Below, piece after piece: positions 27,312 through 36,581 of a DNA stretch of 42,443 nucleotides (its first letter is position 1; each line of letters starts with the position of its first letter). Source of the stretch: a virus (lineage: Duplodnaviria > Heunggongvirae > Uroviricota > Caudoviricetes); the IMG/VR virus record IMGVR_UViG_3300033553_000816, one strand, 5' to 3'. A model generated the notes under the pieces. That model had not been told where the DNA came from, did not search any database, and saw only the letters and a list, made by a program, of their open reading frames with translations. The position numbers and the translations under genes are program-made.

Positions 27312-27740
27312 ATGAAGAACAGCTATGACGCTAATATCGAAGTTATCAACAAGCCCCTTTCCCGTAAGAAAGAGCAGTGGCTTAACCGCACTATCGGTTT
27401 AGCGTACAACTCTGACTGTAATCAGCGTCTCGGCGCGATCATCGTTAAGAGCGGAAGTTTACTTGCCACTGGTATCAACAGTATGCGTAACAACCCTAAT
27501 GATTTGTATTACGGTGGAACTTCTGTTCACGCTGAAATGGCGGCTCTTCGTGAGCTGCGCGGCCCGGACAACACTTATGCTTCCGCTAAGGGGGCAACTA
27601 TTTTTGTTGCTCGCATCTGGAAGAACGGAACCACCGCAAACGCCCGGCCTTGCGACAAGTGTTACAAAGCACTCAACGAAGCTGGTGTGAACACCATCAT
27701 TTACACTTCTGATAGTGAATTCCCGTCCGCTACTGTTTAA
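27312..27740 (+). CDS. Zinc-dependent deaminase (CDA/dCMP deaminase fold)
   Basis: SVHAEMAAL and ARPCDKC. Confidence 0.88.
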   Translation: MKNSYDANIEVINKPLSRKKEQWLNRTIGLAYNSDCNQRLGAIIVKSGSLLATGINSMRNNPNDLYYGGTSVHAEMAALRELRGPDNTYASAKGATIFVARIWKNGTTANARPCDKCYKALNEAGVNTIIYTSDSEFPSATV

Positions 27741-27816
27741 CGAAACGCGTTAAAAACACTTTTCCTCGCTAGATACTTATTAAGTTAATATTAGATAAGG
27801 AAAAGGTGTATACAGT

Positions 27817-28098
27817 ATGGTCAAACTTCATTTGTCACCTTTATATGAAAAGTCAGATCTAGTAGCAGATGACGGAAATTTGAGAATAATTTTCCACTCT
27901 AGTCAGAAAGACAACTACCGTGTTGTGTTCGCCCAGGAAGGGTTGAACACATACGCTGAAGTTAGTGTAATCTTAGACAGAGATGAGAGGAAATACATTT
28001 TTGTTGACGTTATTTTTAACAACACAACTTTAACGACGAATGATATCAAAGAAACTTTGAAAGAAATTAACACAAATTTCTTCAGGGTCTTCCCGTAA
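27817..28098 (+). CDS. Hypothetical protein
   Basis: 93-aa ORF with RBS. Confidence 0.6.
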   Translation: MVKLHLSPLYEKSDLVADDGNLRIIFHSSQKDNYRVVFAQEGLNTYAEVSVILDRDERKYIFVDVIFNNTTLTTNDIKETLKEINTNFFRVFP

Positions 28099-28117
28099 TA
28101 ACAAGGATTTATATAAC

Positions 28118-28273
28118 ATGATAAGAAGAAACAATAAAAGAGACGAGCCCAGAACACGTTACGTCACCCAGTGTCCTGACTGTACTTTATCGTTAGTTTC
28201 TTTTGTATCTGAGATAGACTTAGCTATGAAAGTAGCTGAACACGCACAAGTACATGAAACAAACAAGGAATAA
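28118..28273 (+). CDS. 51-aa C2H2-like zinc-finger peptide (not in ORF track)
   Basis: QCPDC..EHAQVH; RBS AAGGA. Confidence 0.55.
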   Translation: MIRRNNKRDEPRTRYVTQCPDCTLSLVSFVSEIDLAMKVAEHAQVHETNKE

Positions 28274-28280
28274 ATAAATA

Positions 28281-28487
28281 ATGGAAATAAAATGGGATGG
28301 AGATTACATCATAGTTGACGGCGTAAAGGTTTTCGCACCTCAATATCAGAACCGTAACACCCTGATGCTCTCCTTACATCAAAGAGCTGAACATTTAATG
28401 AACCTAGGTAAAGACAATGAAGGGTCAGCGCATCACCAAGCCGCTGATTACATTGGTGCTACCAGCAGGACCGGAAGTTTAGCTTAA
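28281..28487 (+). CDS. Small hypothetical protein
   Basis: 68-aa ORF. Confidence 0.6.
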   Translation: MEIKWDGDYIIVDGVKVFAPQYQNRNTLMLSLHQRAEHLMNLGKDNEGSAHHQAADYIGATSRTGSLA

Positions 28488-28492
28488 CCATA

Positions 28493-28720
28493 TTTCTGGA
28501 TTATTCCTGTGTGAGAGAATGTAGGCGGGTTTTCTGGATTATTCCTGTGTGAGAGAATGTAGGCGGGTTTTCTGAATTATTCCTGTGTGAGAGAATGTAG
28601 GCGGGTTTTCTGAATTATTCCTGTGTGAGAGAATGTAGGCAGGTTTTCTGAATTATTCCTGTGTGAGAGAATGTAGACAGGCTTTCTGAATTATTCCCGT
28701 GAGGGAGAATGTAGACAGCT
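28493..28720 (+). repeat. Six tandem 38-bp direct repeats without spacers
   Basis: TTATTCC anchors at 28501, 28539, 28577, 28615, 28653, 28691. Unit TTTCTG(G/A)ATTATTCCTGTGTGAGAGAATGTAG(G/A)C(G/A)GG(T/C). Confidence 0.97.
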
Positions 28721-28740
28721 TCCTTTTAGTGTGCTATAGT
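28712..28740 (+). promoter_or_regulatory. tilS promoter TAGACA-17-TATAGT (TG extension)
   Basis: The -35 box lies inside the sixth repeat. Confidence 0.72.
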
Positions 28741-28771
28741 TGAAACTATAACTCACAACGAAGGAACTTTG

Positions 28772-29770
28772 ATGCCTAAGATTAACCTCTCAGTAGCTGC
28801 TGGCCGTAACGCCGTTGCTTCAGCTATTAAAGCTTCCGGCAGGAAGAACCCTGACATTTGGGTTGCCTGCTCAGGAGGTGCTGACAGTTTAGCTCTGGTG
28901 GCTTCAGCGAAGTTCTATGCGGATCGTAATAACCTTAATCTTTATGTGATCAACATCGACCATAACCTACAAGCCGGGTCTGATGAAGTATCCAGACAAG
29001 CTAAGCGTATCTGTTCAGAGTTCGGCGTACCAGAGGAAAACTTTTTCATCGAAACTCTTGACATTGACATCAACAACGGTGGTCTTGAGAACGCAGCTCG
29101 TGAAGCTCGTTATGGCGCTATTGAACAAACCATGTCACGCATCTCCGGGGACGGAGACAAAGTTGTCCTCACCGGTCACACCATGGATGACCAAGCTGAA
29201 ACTGTTCTGCTTTCGCTAACCAGAGGTTCAGGAGCTAAGAGCATCTCAGGTATCCCGCCCCAAAGAGGGGATATTCTCCGCCCTTTCCTCATTATTCGCA
29301 GGTCAGACACTGAAGCTATCTGTGACACCCTTGGTATTGAATACTGGGATGACCCTACGAACTTCGCTACAGAAGACGGCCCGATGAGAAGTATCCTCAG
29401 GAACACCATCATGCCGGAGCTAGCTAATGTCCTAGGTGACAGCGTTTCTAACAGTTTGGCGCGTACCGCAGACATGGCCCGAGCTGATGAGGAGTTCATC
29501 TCAGCGCAAGTTGACACGTGGATGTCCGCGAACCTTACTGATGCCAGCGGCACATACTCCTGTGACCTGCTCGCCACGCTACCTGAAGCTCTTCTGGGGC
29601 GAGTGTTGAAGAGGATCGCTGAGAAGGAAACCAGCACTCAAGACATCAACCATAAGCATGTTACAGCTTTGAAGAAATACGTCATCAACTATAATGGCCA
29701 GCACGAAGGTAAACTTCCAGCGGAAACAACTGTTATGCGTAAAAACAGGCAGCTTATTTTTATCAAGTAA
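28772..29770 (+). CDS. tilS: tRNA(Ile)-lysidine synthetase
   Basis: VACSGGADS PP-loop, IDHNLQ, AAREARY, TGHTMDDQAETVLL..RGSG, ILRPFL, WDDPTN. Confidence 0.95.
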   Translation: MPKINLSVAAGRNAVASAIKASGRKNPDIWVACSGGADSLALVASAKFYADRNNLNLYVINIDHNLQAGSDEVSRQAKRICSEFGVPEENFFIETLDIDINNGGLENAAREARYGAIEQTMSRISGDGDKVVLTGHTMDDQAETVLLSLTRGSGAKSISGIPPQRGDILRPFLIIRRSDTEAICDTLGIEYWDDPTNFATEDGPMRSILRNTIMPELANVLGDSVSNSLARTADMARADEEFISAQVDTWMSANLTDASGTYSCDLLATLPEALLGRVLKRIAEKETSTQDINHKHVTALKKYVINYNGQHEGKLPAETTVMRKNRQLIFIK

Positions 29771-29788
29771 ACGGAGCTACAAAACTTT

Positions 29789-30193
29789 ATGGACAAAGTA
29801 ATTTCTGACAGCAGAGGCATGGGGCATCTTATAACAACCAGCCCTGTAACAGCAGCTGAGAAAGCAAAAGTGAAATACATCTTCAAGAACGGTCAGTGTT
29901 TACCGTATGCGGTTGCTTTAGCTAAAAAGAACAACTATAAGCAAGTTCTCATTTTACAGGAAACTGACGGTGAGAAGATTATTCACGCATATGCTCTCAA
30001 AGATGACAAGACGGCTTTTGATATAGAAGGGGAACACTCCCTGAAGGATTTGTATTTCAACAATTTCGACGAGAATGTGTCTTACAACGAAGTTGAAGAG
30101 TTCATAAAAGTAGATGTGGATAAGGCTGTGGATAAGTACAGTAAGCAGTTAGTTAATTTAGACTGGGACTTCGCGAGCAAGTTCGTCGCTTAA
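29789..30193 (+). CDS. Hypothetical protein with possible Cys-His-Asp triad
   Basis: GQCLPYAVAL..IHAY..FDIEG. Confidence 0.65.
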   Translation: MDKVISDSRGMGHLITTSPVTAAEKAKVKYIFKNGQCLPYAVALAKKNNYKQVLILQETDGEKIIHAYALKDDKTAFDIEGEHSLKDLYFNNFDENVSYNEVEEFIKVDVDKAVDKYSKQLVNLDWDFASKFVA

Positions 30194-30835
30194 TTAAAAA
30201 ATGTATTTTTAGGGGACAAGAAATTGTCATTTTAAGGGAGCTTTTCAGGGGTCCTACCCAACCCTCTCTTCAGGTTGTAAAAATAACCTCTTTTTAGGTG
30301 TTTTTGGGCTGTTAGGGGATTATCCTAAGCTTATATGCCCAAAAATCAATTCTAAGCCGAAAAAATAGCGTCCGTGATAAGTTGTGCCTACCTTGGGTCT
30401 AAAAACGCTCAGAGCGGCGCTGGCGGGCGTTTTAGCGCCATAAAAAGACCACATGTAAGACACTGGTTAATGTTTATGGTAAAAGTATTAAAAATGAAGC
30501 CCTAATTCTTTAGTGGCTGAGCAAAAAGAAAATAAAAGAAAAGAGAGAAAGAAAGAGAAAAGAAAGTAACCAAAGAAAAGAGAAAGAAAGAGAGTAAAGA
30601 AAACAAAAGAAAAATTCTTGAGTCACCTGATCTTTAGTTAAGTAAACAGACTCCCTGCTAAGCCAGATTTCCTTCGTCAATCTAACTTAGCAGCAAGGTC
30701 ACCTTTTTTCGTTTGTTTTTTACAAACTGATCGGGGGACGTTGAAGTGAAAATGTATTTTTGGGGGACGTTTTTTTGTGATTTTATGAAGCTTCTTTTTT
30801 GTTGTTCAAAGAATGTCTCAACTACTGTGTATAAG
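30194..30835. other. Structured non-coding region (origin candidate)
   Basis: No ORF. Bracketing 20-bp direct repeat, TTTT(N)AGGG repeats, nested inverted repeats and a ~90-nt purine tract. Confidence 0.6.
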
Positions 30836-31600
30836 TCACTCAGGTATCAGCCAGTCAGCTTCGAAATTGCGGGTCAGTTTAGGTAGAGTTTGGAAGAAAC
30901 TTAGGATAGAATTATTGAAATCGGAAACTACTTTGAGGATACCCTCCGGGTTGTCTCCTCTACTGTAATCGCTGTACAGTTTTGAGATGTAGTTGTACAT
31001 CACTACGAGTTTAGTTAAAGCTTCTACAGTGGGGTCAGTTTCGAACAGCGGGTCAGCCCCTATGGATTTAGCTGATAATTTAAGGCCAGCGGTGAAAATC
31101 TTAGCTGTGTCATCAGGAAGTAACGAGTTGTACTCTTCTATACTGATAATAGCATCCCGTATGTCACCTAACGTTTCATGTGTTTCATGGGAGGTGATAG
31201 CTTCTTTTTGTTCTTCAGTGATGTTGAACGGTGTTGTTTTTAAACTGTCCAGCAGGTTGTTAACTATTTCCTCTAACCCCATTGTGGTTATCCCAGGGTC
31301 AACATATGTTGTTGTGAGTATCATCGGTATGGTAGCTAAGTTACTTACAGCTTCCAAGTAGTTCTCTTTCATCTCCTCGGAATGCCAACCGTTCTCAACT
31401 ACTTCTTTAGCAGCTAACCCGGCAGCTGAATATGAAATGTATGAACCCATCTCCGGGTCTATTGACTTTCTTTTATCTATAAAAATTATGGAAGTCAAAA
31501 TGTTCTTCAGATTTTTCTCTTTGAACTCAGGAATGAAACTACTCTCAACGCTATTTTCGGCATTGAAGTTATTTTTAGCTCCACGATCTGAGACTGACAT
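30836..31600 (-). CDS. Hypothetical protein
   Basis: 254 aa; RBS AAGGA. Confidence 0.72.
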   Translation of the reverse strand: MSVSDRGAKNNFNAENSVESSFIPEFKEKNLKNILTSIIFIDKRKSIDPEMGSYISYSAAGLAAKEVVENGWHSEEMKENYLEAVSNLATIPMILTTTYVDPGITTMGLEEIVNNLLDSLKTTPFNITEEQKEAITSHETHETLGDIRDAIISIEEYNSLLPDDTAKIFTAGLKLSAKSIGADPLFETDPTVEALTKLVVMYNYISKLYSDYSRGDNPEGILKVVSDFNNSILSFFQTLPKLTRNFEADWLIPE

Positions 31601-31712
31601 GTATTAGTTTCCTTTTTTACTGTACATTCCATCTATCGGCTTTTAGGTGCGGTAAACAACTGAACGGATGCTACCGATATTGTTATATGAAACTTCAATG
31701 TTAGGACATATT

Positions 31713-32069
31713 ATGCAGAACACGGTTTTCGATTTCATTATAGTGTTAAGTTTGTTTTCACTATCCACCCTTGTGACTGTCGCCTATTACATTTGGGCTG
31801 TCCCTAAGTTAAAAAGAAACACCTCTCAGTTCAAACAGGAAAGAATTTCATCCCTGAAAAGCCTTATGGGGTTCAGAGATGTCAAAGTTGATGGTGCTGA
31901 TAAGATAATGAGAAGACTGACAGCTGATTTCCATGAAACTAACAACCGGTTTATGCACAGCAGAGATAAAGTTGTTGCTACGTTAACTGCTTTAACTACA
32001 GCAACAGTGTTTCTGTTAATTTTCACTTCTATACTTCTTATAGGTATACTCGATACATTGTTGGTATAA
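31713..32069 (+). CDS. 2-TM membrane protein
   Basis: RBS AGGA before ATG 31713; terminal hydrophobic helices. Confidence 0.65.
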   Translation: MQNTVFDFIIVLSLFSLSTLVTVAYYIWAVPKLKRNTSQFKQERISSLKSLMGFRDVKVDGADKIMRRLTADFHETNNRFMHSRDKVVATLTALTTATVFLLIFTSILLIGILDTLLV

Positions 32070-32087
32070 ACCAGGCTACATGTCATA

Positions 32088-32387
32088 ATGAACATTAAAG
32101 CAACTGTTGTTAGAATAGCTGAAATCCTTAAAGACGAAGGTTTATTCGGTGATCATTCATATTCGAATGAGATAAAAGAAACTTTCATTAAATACGTTTA
32201 TAAAAACAATTGTGATGCCGAATGGAATGAACGTGGTATTAACATTAAAGTAAGAGTTTGTTTAGATGATGATAATATAAAAGTTGATATTGAAGATATC
32301 TCTTTAGGTGATGAGAGATGCGGCTGGGATAAAGATAAAATTCGTAGTACCAGAAAAACAATGAATGTTTTATTGGGCTCATCATGA
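32088..32387 (+). CDS. Hypothetical protein
   Basis: 99-aa ORF. Confidence 0.6.
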   Translation: MNIKATVVRIAEILKDEGLFGDHSYSNEIKETFIKYVYKNNCDAEWNERGINIKVRVCLDDDNIKVDIEDISLGDERCGWDKDKIRSTRKTMNVLLGSS

Positions 32388-32473
32388 TGTTAGACCCTAA
32401 GAACTCCCCATTAAACTCCAAGTGTGCTATAATTCAACTTGTTAACCAATAAATAATTCAGGAGATACTAAAC

Positions 32474-33193
32474 GTGAGTGAAGATGAAGATTATTTAGAT
32501 GAAGTTGTTCAAGAGTTCGACATGTCTGAAGGTATCATCGACGCCCTCTCCGATTGGCTAGAAGTTGAAGAAGGAATGAAAGTTGTTGGTGTAGCTGTCT
32601 CCGCTCGATTAGAAAACCCTGATGAGAGCGACAACTATTACGAATCGTTTGTTCTCCCTCAGGGCCTTTACGCTCACTCTAAGTTAGGTCTGATGAGCGC
32701 CGGTAAGGAAATAGCTACAGAAAGACTTAACGGAACTATTTACAAAGATGTTATAGATATCAGAAACGAAGAAAGCAAAAAGGATTACACTAAGCATCTT
32801 ATGGAAACTTTGAGTGCTGATGAGGAGTTCGAAGCTATTCAAAACAAACTAGTCGAATATTTCAACTTCCATAAATACACCCCTCAAGTAGTTGAGGAGG
32901 AGGACTTTAACCAAGGTTATTTTAATGAAGATGACGACGACATGGACGAGGATGATGGGGATGAGGATACCTCTGAAGATTCCAGCTCACATAAGAAAAT
33001 AACAGTTGCTTTCAAAAAAGCAGAGAACCGTATAATCTCCGAAGGTGTGATGCTCATACATCTTGTTGAATTAGAAACAAATTATTCTTTCTACGCATAT
33101 AAGCAGATACCGGAAGCTTCACCTGTACATTCACAAAAGCAACTATGGGAAATAGGGTATCAGAACGTTTCAGACAGAATTGAAGAGTTTTAA
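32474..33193 (+). CDS. Highly acidic hypothetical protein
   Basis: RBS AGGAG, GTG start, Asp/Glu tract. Confidence 0.72.
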   Translation: MSEDEDYLDEVVQEFDMSEGIIDALSDWLEVEEGMKVVGVAVSARLENPDESDNYYESFVLPQGLYAHSKLGLMSAGKEIATERLNGTIYKDVIDIRNEESKKDYTKHLMETLSADEEFEAIQNKLVEYFNFHKYTPQVVEEEDFNQGYFNEDDDDMDEDDGDEDTSEDSSSHKKITVAFKKAENRIISEGVMLIHLVELETNYSFYAYKQIPEASPVHSQKQLWEIGYQNVSDRIEEF

Positions 33194-33597
33194 CTGCCAG
33201 CTGCTTCCTTAAGGACACCTTTAACGTAACTACATGGCGCTAAAGTATAATCGTCACATGAGCATCTCACTAAAATAACAGGTAAAGATGAGTTTCTTCT
33301 ATATGCGAAAGCAGCTTTTTTAGTTCCGGCCATCAGAATGTTCATTCCTTTTCTAGCCATAACAACTGTGTCAGCGAGTAAGAAATTCTCTTCAGGTGAA
33401 CTACCAACTGCTTCTTCAGCCGCTGTTCTTTCATCGCCATCCAACAAGTCGGTGGAGGCATCCTCTAAACGCTGCCCATCAAGATCGTAAACCATGAGTT
33501 TTTTAACATCATATTCTGATAGAAGTCTGTTTTCCTGCTTATGTTTACCTAATGAAACCATGTTGTTATCCGTCCCTAATATAGAAATATAAAACAT
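33190..33597 (-). CDS. Hypothetical protein
   Basis: 135-aa ORF. Confidence 0.6.
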   Translation of the reverse strand: MFYISILGTDNNMVSLGKHKQENRLLSEYDVKKLMVYDLDGQRLEDASTDLLDGDERTAAEEAVGSSPEENFLLADTVVMARKGMNILMAGTKKAAFAYRRNSSLPVILVRCSCDDYTLAPCSYVKGVLKEAAGS

Positions 33598-33678
33598 ATC
33601 TAGCGGGACACGTTAACTGTTTTTTATTTCCGTTAGATAAAGAGAATACCAGTACCAACAAGAGGAGCCCCAATTCTT

Positions 33679-33981
33679 ATGGATAATAGAATAGATAATC
33701 TAGTGGCTGACCTTAACGGTTCTTTAGATAATGTTAAAGCAAGAGAAAACCAAGGTATAAAAGAGAAATACGAATACAACTATTTAGCTAAAAATTTAGA
33801 GAAAATCAAAAAAACAAGCTCATCAACAATGTTTAATGATGAGACTTTTTTCCATATGCTAATAAGTGAACTAAGATCAGAAGCGCAACAAACTCTAGAT
33901 CATAACACAGCTTTAGGTGCTCATCGTGCTGCTCATAAAATCCTCAAAATAACAAAACAATATGTCATAACTGATAGATAG
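33679..33981 (+). CDS. Hypothetical protein
   Basis: RBS GAGGAG. Confidence 0.65.
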   Translation: MDNRIDNLVADLNGSLDNVKARENQGIKEKYEYNYLAKNLEKIKKTSSSTMFNDETFFHMLISELRSEAQQTLDHNTALGAHRAAHKILKITKQYVITDR

Positions 33982-33998
33982 GCCAGGTTAATTAAATA

Positions 33999-34451
33999 AT
34001 GTTGAACGGTAAAGTAGAAAGCGAAGAGCTGTATGGGGCTATAAGTGTTTTTGAAAAAGTTTTTAACAACAAAAAAGTCATTGGTAAAGCCCCCATCTTT
34101 TATGATACTTTTGAAGCCACCCCTGGAAACAAAGAAGAATATTATAAAGCACTGAAAATTATGGATCGTTTCAGGAATAGAAAAGAATTCAAATATAGTT
34201 TCAAAAATTATCATGACACTATTGAAAGTTTTTACACTGATATAGACACTACAAAAACTTCTGAATATGTTTGCTCTCAAAGTTTACTTATCTTTATTTT
34301 TATGAGACATGTAGAGAAACTGATATTAAAAGCGTATTTAGAGGAATTCCCGGATGAACACCCATTAACTGATGATGAGCTTAAAACACTTGAAGCTTTA
34401 AGCTTAGGGTATGAAGCTATCCCCTCTCGTCATAAACTTTTTAGTAAATAA
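33999..34451 (+). CDS. Hypothetical protein
   Basis: 150-aa ORF. Confidence 0.62.
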   Translation: MLNGKVESEELYGAISVFEKVFNNKKVIGKAPIFYDTFEATPGNKEEYYKALKIMDRFRNRKEFKYSFKNYHDTIESFYTDIDTTKTSEYVCSQSLLIFIFMRHVEKLILKAYLEEFPDEHPLTDDELKTLEALSLGYEAIPSRHKLFSK

Positions 34452-34474
34452 TCTAAGGTAAGGAGTAGGCCGAA

Positions 34475-34675
34475 ATGGAAACATGTCGCTGCCCGATGAC
34501 ACAACACCATTTACCGAGCTGCCCGGTCCTCAGAGTTGGCTTCGATGAAGAATACAAATATGATGAAACATTAGAGGAAAACGCTCCGGATTATTTTTAT
34601 CGTGGAACCGGATTCTATTATGATGAAGATGAAGAGTGGCCAGAAACTTTAGAGGAATTCCTAGACAGAAAATAG
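34475..34675 (+). CDS. Small Cys/His-containing acidic protein
   Basis: RBS AAGGAG; CRC..HH..SCP. Confidence 0.6.
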   Translation: METCRCPMTQHHLPSCPVLRVGFDEEYKYDETLEENAPDYFYRGTGFYYDEDEEWPETLEEFLDRK

Positions 34676-35338
34676 CTAGCTACCGTAGACAACTACAACT
34701 GTTGATGTACCAGCGGGGATTTCAGTTAAACCCCAATCCCGGACATTCAAGCTGTCTGCTTCATCAAAAAGTTCGTCATATCTACTACAGACATTAACAC
34801 TGTAACCACTGTTGACCCATTGGTTCGTCACGTGCGGTTCGGCTGTGTGTAAGAAAACCTGTACTCCATGTAGCATTTGAGCTAGAAGCTTACCGCTAGT
34901 CATATCAACACTAAAATTAGGGGCAACGTTAAGGACCCCTTCTTTTAGGGGGAAGCTGTTTGTGTTCAGCTGAAGGCCACTCATCTGTAACTTGTTTATA
35001 ACTTCAGGAGTATTTTCTCTCTTCACGGGAGGGAATATAACAACTTCAGCTCCTTGAAACTCACCGTAGCATGCGCCTTTAAGGTTTTTTACATCATCCC
35101 AGCGGGCACCCCTGGCTCGTTTAACAACTTTTTTCATACTACCTTTGAACCAGGTTGGAGGTAAAACATTTTCATTCTCAATAAACATTTTAACAAAAGC
35201 GTTAGTTGCTGCTTGAAAAACTTGATTAAAATCTGATGTTGAGCTCTTCTCAACTCGCACAACAACGTTAAGAACATAAGAGTCATCAAGGTTCTTTTGG
35301 AAAAGCTCATCTCTTTTCACAGCAACTTTGTTAAACAT
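34676..35338 (-). CDS. Peptidyl-tRNA hydrolase (Pth2-like, actinobacterial type)
   Basis: KKVVKRARGARW, MTSGKLLAQMLHG, VRDWGLTEIPAGTSTVV. Confidence 0.82.
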   Translation of the reverse strand: MFNKVAVKRDELFQKNLDDSYVLNVVVRVEKSSTSDFNQVFQAATNAFVKMFIENENVLPPTWFKGSMKKVVKRARGARWDDVKNLKGACYGEFQGAEVVIFPPVKRENTPEVINKLQMSGLQLNTNSFPLKEGVLNVAPNFSVDMTSGKLLAQMLHGVQVFLHTAEPHVTNQWVNSGYSVNVCSRYDELFDEADSLNVRDWGLTEIPAGTSTVVVVYGS

Positions 35339-35341
35339 TTT

Positions 35342-35776
35342 CTACTTTACCTTCATATTTTTCATTTTACCACGGTTCATGGTGTACCTAACGGGGTTTA
35401 ACATAGGGTCAGTCTCAGTCCAACAGTCATAACCCAACACAGTTGAATGATATGCGTGCATAAGCTTACCGTGCTGACAAACAACACTTTCTCCTCTGCT
35501 AACTGCTTTGAAGTTACCGCTGATGTCTACAATACCGTTTTGGTTGTGAATACAGTTCTTCCTGTGCTGAAGGTTGCTTGCTGCTTTACCTAACATTTTA
35601 GCAGCTAAACCAGCGGCTTTTCTTGTTTTAGTTTCAGCAGTCGGCTCCTGGTTGGTGCGCTTCGCAGGTTGTGTGTGCATAACAGTTTTGCTCTGAGCTG
35701 CTCGCGCTGCGATGTCTCTAGGGTGAACAGGCGCGGGTTTACTTGCGATTCTAGCTTTAGATGTGTTATCAGACAT
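35342..35776 (-). CDS. Basic hypothetical protein
   Basis: RBS AAGGAAG before ATG 35776; C-terminal CIH..CQHG..H. Confidence 0.62.
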   Translation of the reverse strand: MSDNTSKARIASKPAPVHPRDIAARAAQSKTVMHTQPAKRTNQEPTAETKTRKAAGLAAKMLGKAASNLQHRKNCIHNQNGIVDISGNFKAVSRGESVVCQHGKLMHAYHSTVLGYDCWTETDPMLNPVRYTMNRGKMKNMKVK

Positions 35777-35895
35777 AATGTAACTTCCTTTTTCAACTGT
35801 AACTATAGTATCATAAAAAATCATGTAGGTAAATATTTGACATATGATGACTTTTAGAGGTAGAATTGTTTCATACAACCTTTTGGGAGACGGAA

Positions 35896-36549
35896 ATGAC
35901 AGTTAGTGTCGATAAGCTTAAGCAGTTCCTTGTTGCTAATGGTGTGTCTGACGCAGGTAGTCAGGACGCTGAGGATAAGGCTGTTGAGCTGTTGGACCTT
36001 ATTCGCGCGGAAAGTTCCACAGGTGGGGACAGTCGCAACATTGTGGACCATTTCAAGTCCTGGGGTACTGCTGAGATTACTGATGAGCTAACTGCGACAC
36101 GTTCAGGTATGGTGTCTGTGTTTGTTAACATTGCCTCTGATTTTAACAAGGCAACAGGTGTTCGTAACGCCAACTGGTTTAACATTTTCAAATCAGTTAT
36201 CGCGGGGCGGCGTCAGTGGGATAAGCGCGGTGCTGTGGGTACGCACCATTACAGTGAAGTTGAACGTCATGCTGATATTCTTGAAGTTATCAGTAATTTG
36301 CGTAACGAAGGTTACACTATTGTTGCTGCTGAAATCACTGAGAACGCTGTGCCTATCACCACTTACGAATGGGATGTTAAGACAGCTGTTATTTACGGTG
36401 AGGAGGGAGCTGGTTTGACTGAGGAGGTTCTTTCCCTTGTGGATGATGTGGTTTTCATTCCCGGTCGAGGTAGCGTTCGCTCATTGAATGTTGGCACGAC
36501 CAGTGGTATTTTTATGTACGATTATAGTATGAAGCTTGGTCTTATCTAA
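35896..36549 (+). CDS. TrmH/SpoU-family RNA 2'-O-methyltransferase
   Basis: VRNANWFN, WDKRGAVGTH, IYGEEGAGL, IPGRGSVRSLNVGTTSG (SPOUT knot). TTGACA-18-TAGAAT promoter. Confidence 0.92.
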   Translation: MTVSVDKLKQFLVANGVSDAGSQDAEDKAVELLDLIRAESSTGGDSRNIVDHFKSWGTAEITDELTATRSGMVSVFVNIASDFNKATGVRNANWFNIFKSVIAGRRQWDKRGAVGTHHYSEVERHADILEVISNLRNEGYTIVAAEITENAVPITTYEWDVKTAVIYGEEGAGLTEEVLSLVDDVVFIPGRGSVRSLNVGTTSGIFMYDYSMKLGLI

Positions 36550-36581
36550 CATCTTCATCAAAAATAGTTTAACTTTATATC

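Noticed and set aside
28493-28720. CRISPR array
   Set aside because: Units are contiguous with no unique spacers, and no cas genes are adjacent.
30510-30615. Lys/Glu/Arg-rich coding remnant in the purine tract
   Set aside because: All frames are closed by nearby stops and there is no start or RBS.
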